A DNA stretch of 45,334 bases, from positions 1 through 45,334 of IMG/VR virus record IMGVR_UViG_3300022699_000354; one strand, written 5' to 3'. The notes under the pieces were generated by a model. That model worked only from the letters and a program-made list of their open reading frames with translations, was not told the DNA's origin and did not search any database. Positions 8,338 to 17,301 of this stretch are shown here, piece after piece; the first letter of the stretch is position 1, and each line of letters starts with the position of its first letter. Source of the DNA: a virus. Lineage: Duplodnaviria > Caudoviricetes. The position numbers were made by a program, and so were the translations under genes.

Positions 8338-8496
8338 ATGATACCTATTTTAATATTGTCTACTATTTCCGCTTATTTACTCGGTTATATAACTCGAGTT
8401 CTTGTAGAGGGGGAATGGAAGTTTAATTTAAGCAAAGACGCTCAGGGATATTTAAAAGACTGCAAGGACAAAGGCAGAGACCGACCTTGCGGGTAA
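8338..8496 (+). CDS. 52-aa single-pass membrane protein (not in the ORF track)
   Basis: MIPILILSTISAYLLGYITRVLV...RPCG; AAGGA RBS. Confidence 0.6.
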   Translation: MIPILILSTISAYLLGYITRVLVEGEWKFNLSKDAQGYLKDCKDKGRDRPCG

Positions 8497-8548
8497 TCGA
8501 TAACTTTTCGGTCCGATAATATTTTATAAAATAAAGGAAGGAATAAGT

Positions 8549-10165
8549 ATGTCAAAAAAACGTTGTGTTAGTTGCGGGGATCCGGTCGAAGGACCAACTT
8601 ATAAATGTTCTGATTGCGGTAACAAGGTCTGCAAGAAATGTATAGACATGAGCTCCCGGCGTTGCAAAGAATGTATCGAGTTTGAAAAAATGAAAAAAGA
8701 GCTGTCCAAAGCGAAACGAGAGAAGGCTCGAGAACACCAAGACCCGGCTATGGATATGTTTCCGGGCCCGGGAGAGGAAAAGTCCAATCCTAAGAAGGAT
8801 ACGGAGGCAGAATCGGACAAAAAAATGGATTCCGATAAGGGAGAAAAGGCCAATAAGAACAGGGAGAAAGAGATTCCCGAGGAAACCTCTAAAGAAGGTC
8901 CGGAGTTTGAGGGATTTCATATAATTGAAATCGACATTGAAAACAACAAGAACATAAAAGCCTTTTTTAAGGTCCTTGACGGAGAGGACCTTATCGTCGC
9001 CGGGGATACGGGTATCGGGAAAACGACAGCAATTTCCGTTCTCTGGAATATCCTCGAGACGGGGGACGACCAGATTCGACATGGTGAAGACCGTGCAAAG
9101 ATAAAATGCAAACTCTCGGACGGGTCAAAAACTATAGTATGTAAGAGGGAATATTACAAGTCCGGGGGAGAGCAAAAATCCCGGATAAAACTAATGGATT
9201 CTGAGGGGGAAAGAGTTTCTGTAAAAGATTTCAAAAAAATGTTGTCGGACCTCTCGGTAAATCCTCACAAGATAGCAGAAATGGACCCCTTGCCTCGGAC
9301 AAATACTTTGATAAGATCGGCCGGAATAGAAGAGCAGATAAAAGATATAGACAGAAATCTTGAGGAAGCCAAAGAGGAAAGAACATTTTTGAATCGGAGG
9401 CGAAAAGAATCGGACCCCGGAGAAGAACCTGAAAAGGTCGAACCTGTAAATATTTCGGAAAAAACCGAAAAGTTAAAAAAGAGGATAGAATATAATAACA
9501 AGGTGGAAAAACGAAAAATAGAAGTAGAGGAACTCGAAAGCGAAGTGTATACGATTGAAGAAAAAATAGAGTCTATAGAAAACGAACTGGAAAACCTCAA
9601 ATCGGAATACAAAGAAAAAGGGGACGAATTAGACGAACTCTTAAAGGAAACTGAAGGCGAAGAGGTTGTCGACCTAAGGGACTTGGAAAAAGAGATAAAC
9701 GAAGCAGAAGAGCGCAATAATAAGGCCTCGAGGTGGACCAGCTGGAAAGAGAAAAAAGAGGAAGCAGAAGAGACCGAGAGCAAATACCAAGAAGTAAAAG
9801 AATACATAAACAAACTTCGAGAAAAAAAGAAAAAACTTCTTGAGGAAGCAGATTTTCCGCTTGAGGGACTTAAAATTGAAGACGGATCCATTATATATAA
9901 AGGGATAAAATTCGAGAATCTCGGAAAGTCTGAGCAAATACTCGTATCAGCCGGACTCGCAAAAGAGCAGATAGGAAAAGTCCGGGTCGTCCGTATAGAC
10001 GGTATCGAGTCTATGTCGGAAAAAGACTTTATATCTCTCCGGGACATGTTTAACGAAGCTAACATACAGGTACTCGCGTCCCGTGTCTCAAGAGGGGAGC
10101 TGGAACCAACAGAAATAACCATAGAGGAAGGAGAATATATAGAAGGGGATAAAGACAATGGATAA
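8549..10165 (+). CDS. SMC/Rad50(SbcC)-like coiled-coil ATPase with N-terminal Zn finger
   Basis: Walker A GDTGIGKT, long coiled coil, signature-like LGKSEQ, Walker B VVRIDGIE; N-terminal repeated CxxC. Confidence 0.85.
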   Translation: MSKKRCVSCGDPVEGPTYKCSDCGNKVCKKCIDMSSRRCKECIEFEKMKKELSKAKREKAREHQDPAMDMFPGPGEEKSNPKKDTEAESDKKMDSDKGEKANKNREKEIPEETSKEGPEFEGFHIIEIDIENNKNIKAFFKVLDGEDLIVAGDTGIGKTTAISVLWNILETGDDQIRHGEDRAKIKCKLSDGSKTIVCKREYYKSGGEQKSRIKLMDSEGERVSVKDFKKMLSDLSVNPHKIAEMDPLPRTNTLIRSAGIEEQIKDIDRNLEEAKEERTFLNRRRKESDPGEEPEKVEPVNISEKTEKLKKRIEYNNKVEKRKIEVEELESEVYTIEEKIESIENELENLKSEYKEKGDELDELLKETEGEEVVDLRDLEKEINEAEERNNKASRWTSWKEKKEEAEETESKYQEVKEYINKLREKKKKLLEEADFPLEGLKIEDGSIIYKGIKFENLGKSEQILVSAGLAKEQIGKVRVVRIDGIESMSEKDFISLRDMFNEANIQVLASRVSRGELEPTEITIEEGEYIEGDKDNG

Positions 10166-10736
10166 AAAGATATTATGGTTAGATATAGAGACATCAGGGC
10201 TTGACCCGAAAGCAAACGACCCGCTTATAATAGCCGGAATTATCGACATAAACGGGGCGACATATTCGAAGTTTAAGATAAAAACCCAACCTATAGATTG
10301 GGACAGTATTTCCCGTAAAGCCCTAAAAGTAAACGGTATTACTCTCGAGGAAATTTCAAAATACCCGGAGCCCCAAAACGCTCTTGAGGTGTTAAAGAAA
10401 AAACTCGGCGATTATGTAAACAAATTTAATCGAAAGGATAAATTTTATATCGGCGGATATAACGTTAGGTTTGACCTTGATTTTTTACATGAATGGTTCA
10501 AAAAGCTTGACGATAAATATTTCGGTTCATGGTTTAACTGGAAGACGGTCGACGTGATGTCTATTCTACATATAATGGACTACAGAGGCGATTATAATTT
10601 TCCGAACTATAAACTGAAAACGATATCGGAGTCTCTCGGTATAAAACATTCGGAACATGAGGCTGATTCGGACATAGACGTTACGCGTCAAATATATATT
10701 GGAGTACAAAAATTTTTTAAAGAAGGGAGGGTTTGA
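10158..10736 (+). CDS. DnaQ-like DEDDh 3'-5' exonuclease
   Basis: WLDIETSGL, GYNVRFDLDFL, HEADSDI. Confidence 0.93.
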   Translation: MDKKILWLDIETSGLDPKANDPLIIAGIIDINGATYSKFKIKTQPIDWDSISRKALKVNGITLEEISKYPEPQNALEVLKKKLGDYVNKFNRKDKFYIGGYNVRFDLDFLHEWFKKLDDKYFGSWFNWKTVDVMSILHIMDYRGDYNFPNYKLKTISESLGIKHSEHEADSDIDVTRQIYIGVQKFFKEGRV

Positions 10737-10737
10737 A

Positions 10738-11115
10738 ATGGCTTTCGCTTTATCAATAAGACAGCCTTGGGCCTATCTTATAATAAATCTTCCGGCTGAA
10801 ATAAGGAAGGATATCGAAAACAGAACATGGAATACGAACCATAGAGGGGAGCTCTTTATACATGCTTCTGCAACCATAGAAAAAGACGTATATAAAGAGT
10901 TTCGAATGAGGGGATATGTCCCCCCTATGGAAGAAATTAAAACGGGCGGAATAATAGGGAAAGTAAATCTTGTAAAAGTCGTAACCGAACACAAATCTGA
11001 TTGGTTCGAGGGCCCGTTTGGATTCGTTTTTAAAGATGCAGAGAAAGTTCCCTATACTCCGATTAGAGGGAACCTTAACATATGGTATTTCGATAGAAAA
11101 AAATTAAATCGATAA
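10738..11115 (+). CDS. ASCH domain protein
   Basis: ALSIRQPWA...KDIENRTW...RGELFIHAS...GGIIGKV...RGNLNIW. Confidence 0.92.
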   Translation: MAFALSIRQPWAYLIINLPAEIRKDIENRTWNTNHRGELFIHASATIEKDVYKEFRMRGYVPPMEEIKTGGIIGKVNLVKVVTEHKSDWFEGPFGFVFKDAEKVPYTPIRGNLNIWYFDRKKLNR

Positions 11116-11142
11116 AAAAATATATATACGAAAGGAAAATGA

Positions 11143-11346
11143 ATGTCTGAAACAAAAAGAAAAAATCTTCCACTTAAGATTGAGACAGCCGAAATATTCG
11201 AAGCAACGTTCCGCCGGTGGAAAGCCCGAACCGGTAAAGGTATGGAAGAGTTCGCGGAGGTTGTAATAACAAGAGGTATTTTATATTTGAAACAAAAGTA
11301 TCTAAGCGAATTTGAAAAGGAAATGGAAGGGGGTTCAAATGAGTAA
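11143..11346 (+). CDS. Small putative DNA-binding protein (ribbon-helix-helix-like)
   Basis: Short strand followed by two helices; AAGGA RBS. Confidence 0.5.
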   Translation: MSETKRKNLPLKIETAEIFEATFRRWKARTGKGMEEFAEVVITRGILYLKQKYLSEFEKEMEGGSNE

Positions 11347-12280
11347 AAAAATAGGACTGTCTTTATCCGGGGGCTCCGGTCTTCCGATCAGTAAATTTCT
11401 TATTTGTCCTCGCTGGTTTAAATATATCAAGGACGGATTTCGCAAAAAATATTACAAACCGGCTCTCGCTGAGGGGCTGATATTTCATTCGTACGCTGAG
11501 AAGTCTCTGAAAAGGGATATATTTCGAAAGAATGGTACTGATATTGTAGAAATAGACCCGGAGGAAGCAAGCGAGGTTCTCAGGTCTGGTAAATGGACTG
11601 ACAAGAGAAAGAAAAAGGACATTCGGTGGCAAACAGAAGGGGAGGACGGGGACAAAATAGAGCAAGCCTCCGAGCGTATACCGGGCATGTTAAAGACTTT
11701 TCTCGAAAAAAAGAGGGATTTCGGAGAGGTCGTAGAGGTTGAAAAGGCAATCGAAATAGAAGAACTTATACGCCCGGTCGGGGAACCAACCGAAAAAGAG
11801 ATTGAAGACGCCGGACGACTTCTTATGAACGGGGTATGGTTCTCTGGACGGAGCGATTTCGTAACGGACGACAATACTATACATGATCTCAAGACGTCCA
11901 AGAGCGAATGGAAACAGGAACAGGCCGACGACCAACAGCAAGCAACGCTTTATGGTTACATTACGTCGGTTATGAATCAGAACCCGGTAGAAGAATTCGT
12001 CTATCATATTTTCACAAAACACAAAAGAGGTTGCAGATATCAGGAAATCAGAACAAAGAGAAATATAGATGACTATCTCGCAACATATGAAAATCTTTTA
12101 AGCGTCGGGAATCGCGTTCTTGATTGCGAAGAGAAGGGGGAATATCCTAAAGAGGGTTCCATGAGAACGAACTGTAGAGACAGGTACTTTCGGCGCTGTC
12201 CCTATCATGTCCTTTGTTTCCCGGAGAAGTATTCCGAGGAAGAGCAGGAAAAAGAATTAAAATCTATAATAAAAGAATGA
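11339..12280 (+). CDS. PD-(D/E)XK Cas4/RecB-like exonuclease
   Basis: GRSDF...IHDLKT...QATLY; one N-terminal and three C-terminal Cys (Fe-S staple pattern). Confidence 0.87.
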   Translation: MSKKIGLSLSGGSGLPISKFLICPRWFKYIKDGFRKKYYKPALAEGLIFHSYAEKSLKRDIFRKNGTDIVEIDPEEASEVLRSGKWTDKRKKKDIRWQTEGEDGDKIEQASERIPGMLKTFLEKKRDFGEVVEVEKAIEIEELIRPVGEPTEKEIEDAGRLLMNGVWFSGRSDFVTDDNTIHDLKTSKSEWKQEQADDQQQATLYGYITSVMNQNPVEEFVYHIFTKHKRGCRYQEIRTKRNIDDYLATYENLLSVGNRVLDCEEKGEYPKEGSMRTNCRDRYFRRCPYHVLCFPEKYSEEEQEKELKSIIKE

Positions 12281-12290
12281 GAGGTTAACT

Positions 12291-12572
12291 ATGAAACTCG
12301 GAGAATTTGAAAGAGCCGAAATAATCCAAGAGCGCGTACATAAAATCAAAGGGGAATTAAATAAAATAAATATTGCGAAAAAGGCTCTTGCGAAAAAGAA
12401 GGATACGCCCCCTTCTATAAGTTCTATAAAAGGCGGTATTGAAGTCTTCTTCAAAAAAACAACACAAACTATAGAGATGTCTAAGGTCGATATAAAGAGT
12501 TATGTCGAATGGAAAGAGAAGTCTCTTAAAAAAGAAAAAGCGAGACTCGAAAAAGAATTTAGAATGTTATAA
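12291..12572 (+). CDS. Basic coiled-coil hypothetical protein
   Basis: GAGG RBS; in operon context. Confidence 0.65.
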   Translation: MKLGEFERAEIIQERVHKIKGELNKINIAKKALAKKKDTPPSISSIKGGIEVFFKKTTQTIEMSKVDIKSYVEWKEKSLKKEKARLEKEFRML

Positions 12573-12582
12573 GGATAATAAT

Positions 12583-13947
12583 ATGTTAATTAAAGACTTA
12601 AAGCCTTGCTTGCATGAACAGGGTAAAATTAAAATTGGACGGAAGCAGGAACAGGTACGAAAAGGCAAGTCCGGCAGAAAATATCAGGCGCCGGTTAAGA
12701 CAGATTATGTGTTTGTAACGACTCTCGAAAAAGACGAACATAACAATTTTATCGAGGACAAAGAGCTTACTCAAAAGCTAACGAAAGAGAAGAACAGCGA
12801 CGGAAATCCCGTATTGATAGGTCCCTGTATATTTTTATATAACGACATGAAGTCAAATTTAATTACTTCCTATTGTCGAAGAGGGGCTTCTCATGTCGAT
12901 TGCAGGGGGGACGGAAAGACAGCGATCCGGTATCTCCCGGACGGAGAAACGAAAAAAATAAAATGTCCCGGTAAGGAATGTAAATATATTGAAGAGGGTA
13001 AGTGTACTCCAACCTGTATTCTATCAGTCGTATTTCCAGACGCGCCCCGGGCCGGCGGTGTTTACCGCTTTCGCTCTTCAGGGTGGAACTCCGTCGAGAA
13101 ACTGCAATCAGGTTTGTATTATTTCTGGTTATGGTCAAACAAAAAACTTGCTGGAATACCGTTTTATTTGAGGGTAAACAGAGGGGAATCAACAACTCAA
13201 GGCGGACGAACACGGGTTTTTTATTACCTCTCGATTGAGTATGAAAATACTCTTCGAAGTTTAACCGAATCGCCGGACCGTATCGAACCCCCTCAGGGAT
13301 TGCCTTCGCCGGAGACAGGGGAGCAACAGAGAGCAATCATGGTACAAAAAACAGACGAAGACCTCGACGAATTCCAGCCTCTTTACGAGGTAGACGAAGA
13401 GTCGGGAGTCGTAACAGATAGAGACGGAAAAATAGTTGATAGAGTAAAAAAAGAAGAACAAGGAAACGGCCCTTGGAAAGGGAAAGCCGAGGCTTTAGAG
13501 GAAGGGGAGGAGGATACAAAAAAGGAAGGGAAAACAACGGAGGGAAACGTATTTATGCAACTTCTCCGCGAAACATATTCAAAGTATCAAAAGATATGGA
13601 ATGATACCCCGAAGGAGAAAAGACCCCCAAAGAGGGGTATTACGAAGGAACAGCTCGAAGGGCTTACAGACAAAGAAATATTTCGGCTTTCAAGAGAGAT
13701 AAGAAAAGAAATAAAAGAAATGGTTAAGGAAGACGAAACAGAAGACCCCGTCAATGACGAACCGGGGGACGATAGAGGGGAAGACTCCGAGGAAGTCCCC
13801 GAAAGAGACCCCGAGGAAGACTCCGAGGAAGTCCCCGAGGAAGACCCCGGGGAAGCTCCCAAGGCAGAAAAACCGGGAAAAGATATCAAGAGCAAGAGGT
13901 CAAGCGGTGGCAATGGAAATCACCGTACAAGGTCTATATTAGAATAG
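12583..13947 (+). CDS. phiC31 gp3-like (recombination directionality factor-like) protein with acidic tail
   Basis: GKIKIG, CRGDG, CP...C...C.P.C.L, GGVYRFRSSGWNS, LAGIPFYL. Confidence 0.75.
   Translation: MLIKDLKPCLHEQGKIKIGRKQEQVRKGKSGRKYQAPVKTDYVFVTTLEKDEHNNFIEDKELTQKLTKEKNSDGNPVLIGPCIFLYNDMKSNLITSYCRRGASHVDCRGDGKTAIRYLPDGETKKIKCPGKECKYIEEGKCTPTCILSVVFPDAPRAGGVYRFRSSGWNSVEKLQSGLYYFWLWSNKKLAGIPFYLRVNRGESTTQGGRTRVFYYLSIEYENTLRSLTESPDRIEPPQGLPSPETGEQQRAIMVQKTDEDLDEFQPLYEVDEESGVVTDRDGKIVDRVKKEEQGNGPWKGKAEALEEGEEDTKKEGKTTEGNVFMQLLRETYSKYQKIWNDTPKEKRPPKRGITKEQLEGLTDKEIFRLSREIRKEIKEMVKEDETEDPVNDEPGDDRGEDSEEVPERDPEEDSEEVPEEDPGEAPKAEKPGKDIKSKRSSGGNGNHRTRSILE
13780..13860 (+). repeat. 12-bp-unit (36-bp higher-order) coding tandem repeat
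   Basis: GAAGACTCCGAG/GAAGTCCCCGAG-type units encoding EDSEEVPERDPEEDSEEVPEEDP. Confidence 0.85.
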
Positions 13948-13958
13948 AAAGAGAATAT

Positions 13959-14399
13959 ATGAGGGAACAGACCTGTCCGAATTGTGGTAGAACATGGACC
14001 CCGAAAAATTTGGAAGCCTTTACGAATCACGTTAAGGCTTGCAACAGGAAGGACCAAGTAATCGAAGAGCTATCAGAGCCGGGGTCGAAATTTGGAAACG
14101 TTCGCTGTAAATTCAACGGAGAGAATTTCGACTCTAAGCTCGAGGCCCGATATTGTAAATTTCTCGATTCACTTACTACAACTGGAATATTGAAATATTA
14201 TCTCAGGCAGATACCATTCCACCTTCCGGGGAATACAACGTATCGGGCCGATTTTATGGAGGTATACAAAGGAAATCGGATTAAATACGTCGACTGTAAA
14301 GGTAGAATTACAAAAGCTTTTACCCGAAGCAAGAAACAGGTCGAGTCCTTATATCCGGTTGAAATAATAATAGTTAAGAAGGGAGATTTTCCGGAATGA
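13959..14399 (+). CDS. DUF1064-like nuclease (putative resolvase) with N-terminal Zn finger
   Basis: SKFGN...FDSKLEA...QIPFHL...YRADF...DCKG; CPNC...H...C. Confidence 0.82.
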   Translation: MREQTCPNCGRTWTPKNLEAFTNHVKACNRKDQVIEELSEPGSKFGNVRCKFNGENFDSKLEARYCKFLDSLTTTGILKYYLRQIPFHLPGNTTYRADFMEVYKGNRIKYVDCKGRITKAFTRSKKQVESLYPVEIIIVKKGDFPE

Positions 14400-16120
14400 T
14401 TTTAGAAAAAGACGGCGCTTACGTTTGGACGGACGACTCAGAAGAGAATACAATTTCTAATTTCACTATAGAACTACTGTATGTAATAAAAGACGAGCTC
14501 GGATTTAAAGAATACATGATAAACATAAAGTTTCAAGATAATAAATTCGGGCCGTTTCCTTTTAAATCCTCGAATTGGGCCTCCCGGGGGGCCTTTATAG
14601 AGTATATTGGGCGTTGTGGGGGAGACTTCGGGTTTTATGGAAATCATTCACAAATATTAGCCGTCAAGGATTTTATTTTCAAAAAATATAGCCCCCGAAG
14701 CATAGAAATAATAGACGGGTACGGAAATGTAAAACCGAATCTTTGGGTTGCAGACAACGGCGTAATATGGAAGGGCGAAATAATCAAGGCCGACGAAGAC
14801 GGTATATCATGGATAAAGAATTCAAACTTTGAAGTTGAGGGTTTTCGTACCTCGACCGTAAATGATATAAAAAGCCTTGATATACCGGACGAATTATGGT
14901 CCGTTAAAGAGATTATCGAACGGATACATTATTTATATTCAGATACAAAATTGGTGTGGCCTCTGTTAGGATTCGCAACGGCGAGTATATATTTTAAAAA
15001 GATAGCCGGAACAATGGGACAGTTCCCGGTTGCCTATTGTTACGGAGAATGGGGGGAAGGTAAGACCGGCTGGGCCGAGATTTGCGCCTCTCTCGCCGGC
15101 GGACTTATCCCGGCCCCGTCCGGGGAATCGACAGTAAAAGGAATTCACCGGAGTTTATCGCGACGACATTCTATACCGACAGTCCTAAACGACGCCGGAG
15201 GTGCAAGTAAAGAAGCTATGGTCTGTTCTCTATTCGATTTGGACCCGTATGTAATGGGTCGTAGAACGACGGACTCTCGTACGAAGGGAATCGGGTATAA
15301 TTCTCCGGGAATAATAACCTCGACCCGAAGCATGGAACGAGAGGACGCTCTCTCCCGTTGTGTAATAATAAATTTTAATTCATATTCAAAGGACGATTCG
15401 AAGGCCTCGGAATTTCGGGATTTCTGGACAGAGGGTTTCGAGCATGGAAAAAACTTCGGGTTCTTGGTTGAACTTCTTAAATCAGAAGCAGAGGAATATA
15501 TAATAGAGAATATCGACCTTACTCAGCGCGCGCTCGCCGAGATATCCGCCGAAAGAGGACAAAAGATATCAGCTCGACAAATACAGGTATTCGGTGTATT
15601 ATACGGGGCGTTCTTGACTGCTTGCGACGCTCTCGACCTATGGACTATTTTCGACCGGTTAAACATGGAAGTACCGGACAAAAAATCTATATCTAAATCT
15701 TTCGGGAATCTGTCCCTTGAGACAAACGAGTTGATTCAGGAACAGGAAGAACTGAATAAATTCTTCCGGTATATCGAGACCCTATATCATAATAACCGAC
15801 TTAAAACGATTCTTCGGGACGGGTTCGACTCTGAGGGGGAACATATAGTATTTCATTTAGGATCTCTTATTTCTGAGATACAAAAAGAAGACCGAATGGT
15901 CGGGTCCCGGAAACTTCAGGGACTATCATACGGATATTTTAAAAGCCAAATCGAAAGAACCTTCGGAGTAGAATCTGAGCCGACTTCGATAAACGGAAAA
16001 TCCGTAAGAGGATATAGGATATATATAAAGCAGTTAAGAGAAGCAGGAATCGACTTTCATTTGAGCAAAACAGAATATAGGAAGGATACAGGAAATGAAG
16101 AAGTGGACCCGCCGTTCTAA
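14396..16120 (+). CDS. Replicative helicase-like P-loop ATPase (DUF927/P4-primase C-terminal-like), no primase domain
   Basis: ISNF N-terminal motif, FPVAYCYGEWGEGKT Walker A, PTVLND, ALSRC arginine finger, C-terminal wHTH-like region. Confidence 0.7.
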   Translation: MILEKDGAYVWTDDSEENTISNFTIELLYVIKDELGFKEYMINIKFQDNKFGPFPFKSSNWASRGAFIEYIGRCGGDFGFYGNHSQILAVKDFIFKKYSPRSIEIIDGYGNVKPNLWVADNGVIWKGEIIKADEDGISWIKNSNFEVEGFRTSTVNDIKSLDIPDELWSVKEIIERIHYLYSDTKLVWPLLGFATASIYFKKIAGTMGQFPVAYCYGEWGEGKTGWAEICASLAGGLIPAPSGESTVKGIHRSLSRRHSIPTVLNDAGGASKEAMVCSLFDLDPYVMGRRTTDSRTKGIGYNSPGIITSTRSMEREDALSRCVIINFNSYSKDDSKASEFRDFWTEGFEHGKNFGFLVELLKSEAEEYIIENIDLTQRALAEISAERGQKISARQIQVFGVLYGAFLTACDALDLWTIFDRLNMEVPDKKSISKSFGNLSLETNELIQEQEELNKFFRYIETLYHNNRLKTILRDGFDSEGEHIVFHLGSLISEIQKEDRMVGSRKLQGLSYGYFKSQIERTFGVESEPTSINGKSVRGYRIYIKQLREAGIDFHLSKTEYRKDTGNEEVDPPF

Positions 16121-16439
16121 ACACCGTCCGATATCGAAAAAGGAAGCCGAAAAATCGATAAGAGACGGGAGAGCTATTCAAAATCAAATAAAATGGTTTA
16201 ACAAAAAATGGAAGGCCGAGGAAGGAAAAGAGACGTCTTTCGGAGACGATTCGCCGTTCCCGTTCGGGAAATACGGTCCACCTCCGAAGGGAGAAGGCCT
16301 AAAACTTAAAGACGTACCCGCCTCATACTGGTTATGGTTAGAGGACCAAGAATGGTTTGAAGAGAAATACCCGGGGTTATATAGCTATTTTCTCAACAAT
16401 CTCGAGGCTATAGAACATGAATACGAGAATGATCAATAA
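16095..16439 (+). CDS. DUF3820/QSregVF_b-like small protein
   Basis: FPFGKY...GLKLKDVPASYWLWL. Confidence 0.75.
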   Translation: MKKWTRRSKHRPISKKEAEKSIRDGRAIQNQIKWFNKKWKAEEGKETSFGDDSPFPFGKYGPPPKGEGLKLKDVPASYWLWLEDQEWFEEKYPGLYSYFLNNLEAIEHEYENDQ

Positions 16440-16572
16440 GAAATGAGGATCTAATTCGCCTGAGGATTGTACTTATTGTGTTCTTCAGTATGATTGTACC
16501 CCTATTCTTTCGAATCCATAAATTAGGTACTATTTCGAGGCAACAGGGGGTATTTATAGGGCCGTTCAACAC

Positions 16573-16645
16573 AAAAAAACCCCGGGATACGATTACGGAT
16601 AAACGAGCGACAAGCCCGTCGGCGAAGCGAAATCAATCCCGGGGT
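16573..16645 (-). terminator. Terminator of the late operon at the convergence point, with a large structured loop
   Basis: ACCCCGGGAT (16579-88) / ATCCCGGGGT (16636-45) stem followed by a U-run on the - strand. Confidence 0.65.
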
Positions 16646-16651
16646 AATTAT

Positions 16652-17011
16652 TTAATTTTTTAATTTCGAAATAGCTCTTTCAAGTATCATTTTAAGTATA
16701 TCGTCCCCGTATTTTTTCGCGAGAGCGATACCTCGCTCCTGAGCAAGCTCTTTAATTCTTTTTAGAGCTTTATTGAGAGCCTCTTCTTTTTCTTCGAGCG
16801 TAAGTTTACCGTCTTCGGATTTTGTTTTAAGCTCGCGTACGAACCCGAGATATACCGAAGTAACCGCGGTCTCGGCCAACATTGCGACTTCTTTTATCCA
16901 GCCTTCCTCCTTTAGAACCTTCCGCTTGAAATACGCCCAAAGGGCCCCTATAATAATAGCAAGTACCGATATTACAGCCGGAGAAGCGAGAAAATCGATT
17001 GCTTTTTCCAT
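16652..17011 (-). CDS. Holin-like protein (one N-terminal TM helix, LL-H-like)
   Basis: TM VISVLAIIIGALWAYF; AETAV...EKEEAL...ILERAI helical tail; last late gene. Confidence 0.65.
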   Translation of the reverse strand: MEKAIDFLASPAVISVLAIIIGALWAYFKRKVLKEEGWIKEVAMLAETAVTSVYLGFVRELKTKSEDGKLTLEEKEEALNKALKRIKELAQERGIALAKKYGDDILKMILERAISKLKN

Positions 17012-17025
17012 ACTATACCTTCCTT

Positions 17026-17298
17026 TCAATTAGAGAAAATTGGAATTCCTATTCCAGCTAAAAGCGCGAGCAAAGAAATAATTATGCTCGCAATCGAAAA
17101 ATAAAAAACCCGTCTATTTTGAGAACAATCTTTTTCATGGTTAAGAATACGAAGTTCTATTACTTCTTTCATTGCAGTTTTAATCGTTTGCTCTTCTTTC
17201 GAGGTTAGACTTCTATCTTTTAAAACCTGATAAATGCAAGAGTCGATATATCTTTTTATATCGTCTTCACTTTTATTTTCAAAAAAACAATCGGACAT
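17026..17298 (-). CDS. Small membrane protein with C-terminal TM helix (lysis-associated?)
   Basis: FYFSIASIIISLLALLAGIGIPIF. Confidence 0.6.
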   Translation of the reverse strand: MSDCFFENKSEDDIKRYIDSCIYQVLKDRSLTSKEEQTIKTAMKEVIELRILNHEKDCSQNRRVFYFSIASIIISLLALLAGIGIPIFSN

Positions 17299-17301
17299 AT
17301 G

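Noticed and set aside
7071-10165. Wadjet (JetABCD)-like system from the Toprim and SMC-like genes
   Set aside because: No kleisin/KITE subunits, the ATPase is much shorter than JetC with no evident hinge, and the Toprim protein retains a Tyr-bearing WHD
9265-10215. Long antisense ORFs (also 32472-33101, 35580-36116, 43375-43977 and others)
   Set aside because: Ser/Phe/Leu-rich shadows of Glu/Lys-rich genes on the opposite strand
13754-13942. Alternative-frame KTPRKSP histone-like peptide
   Set aside because: By-product of the 12-bp repeat in the gp3-like gene; no RBS
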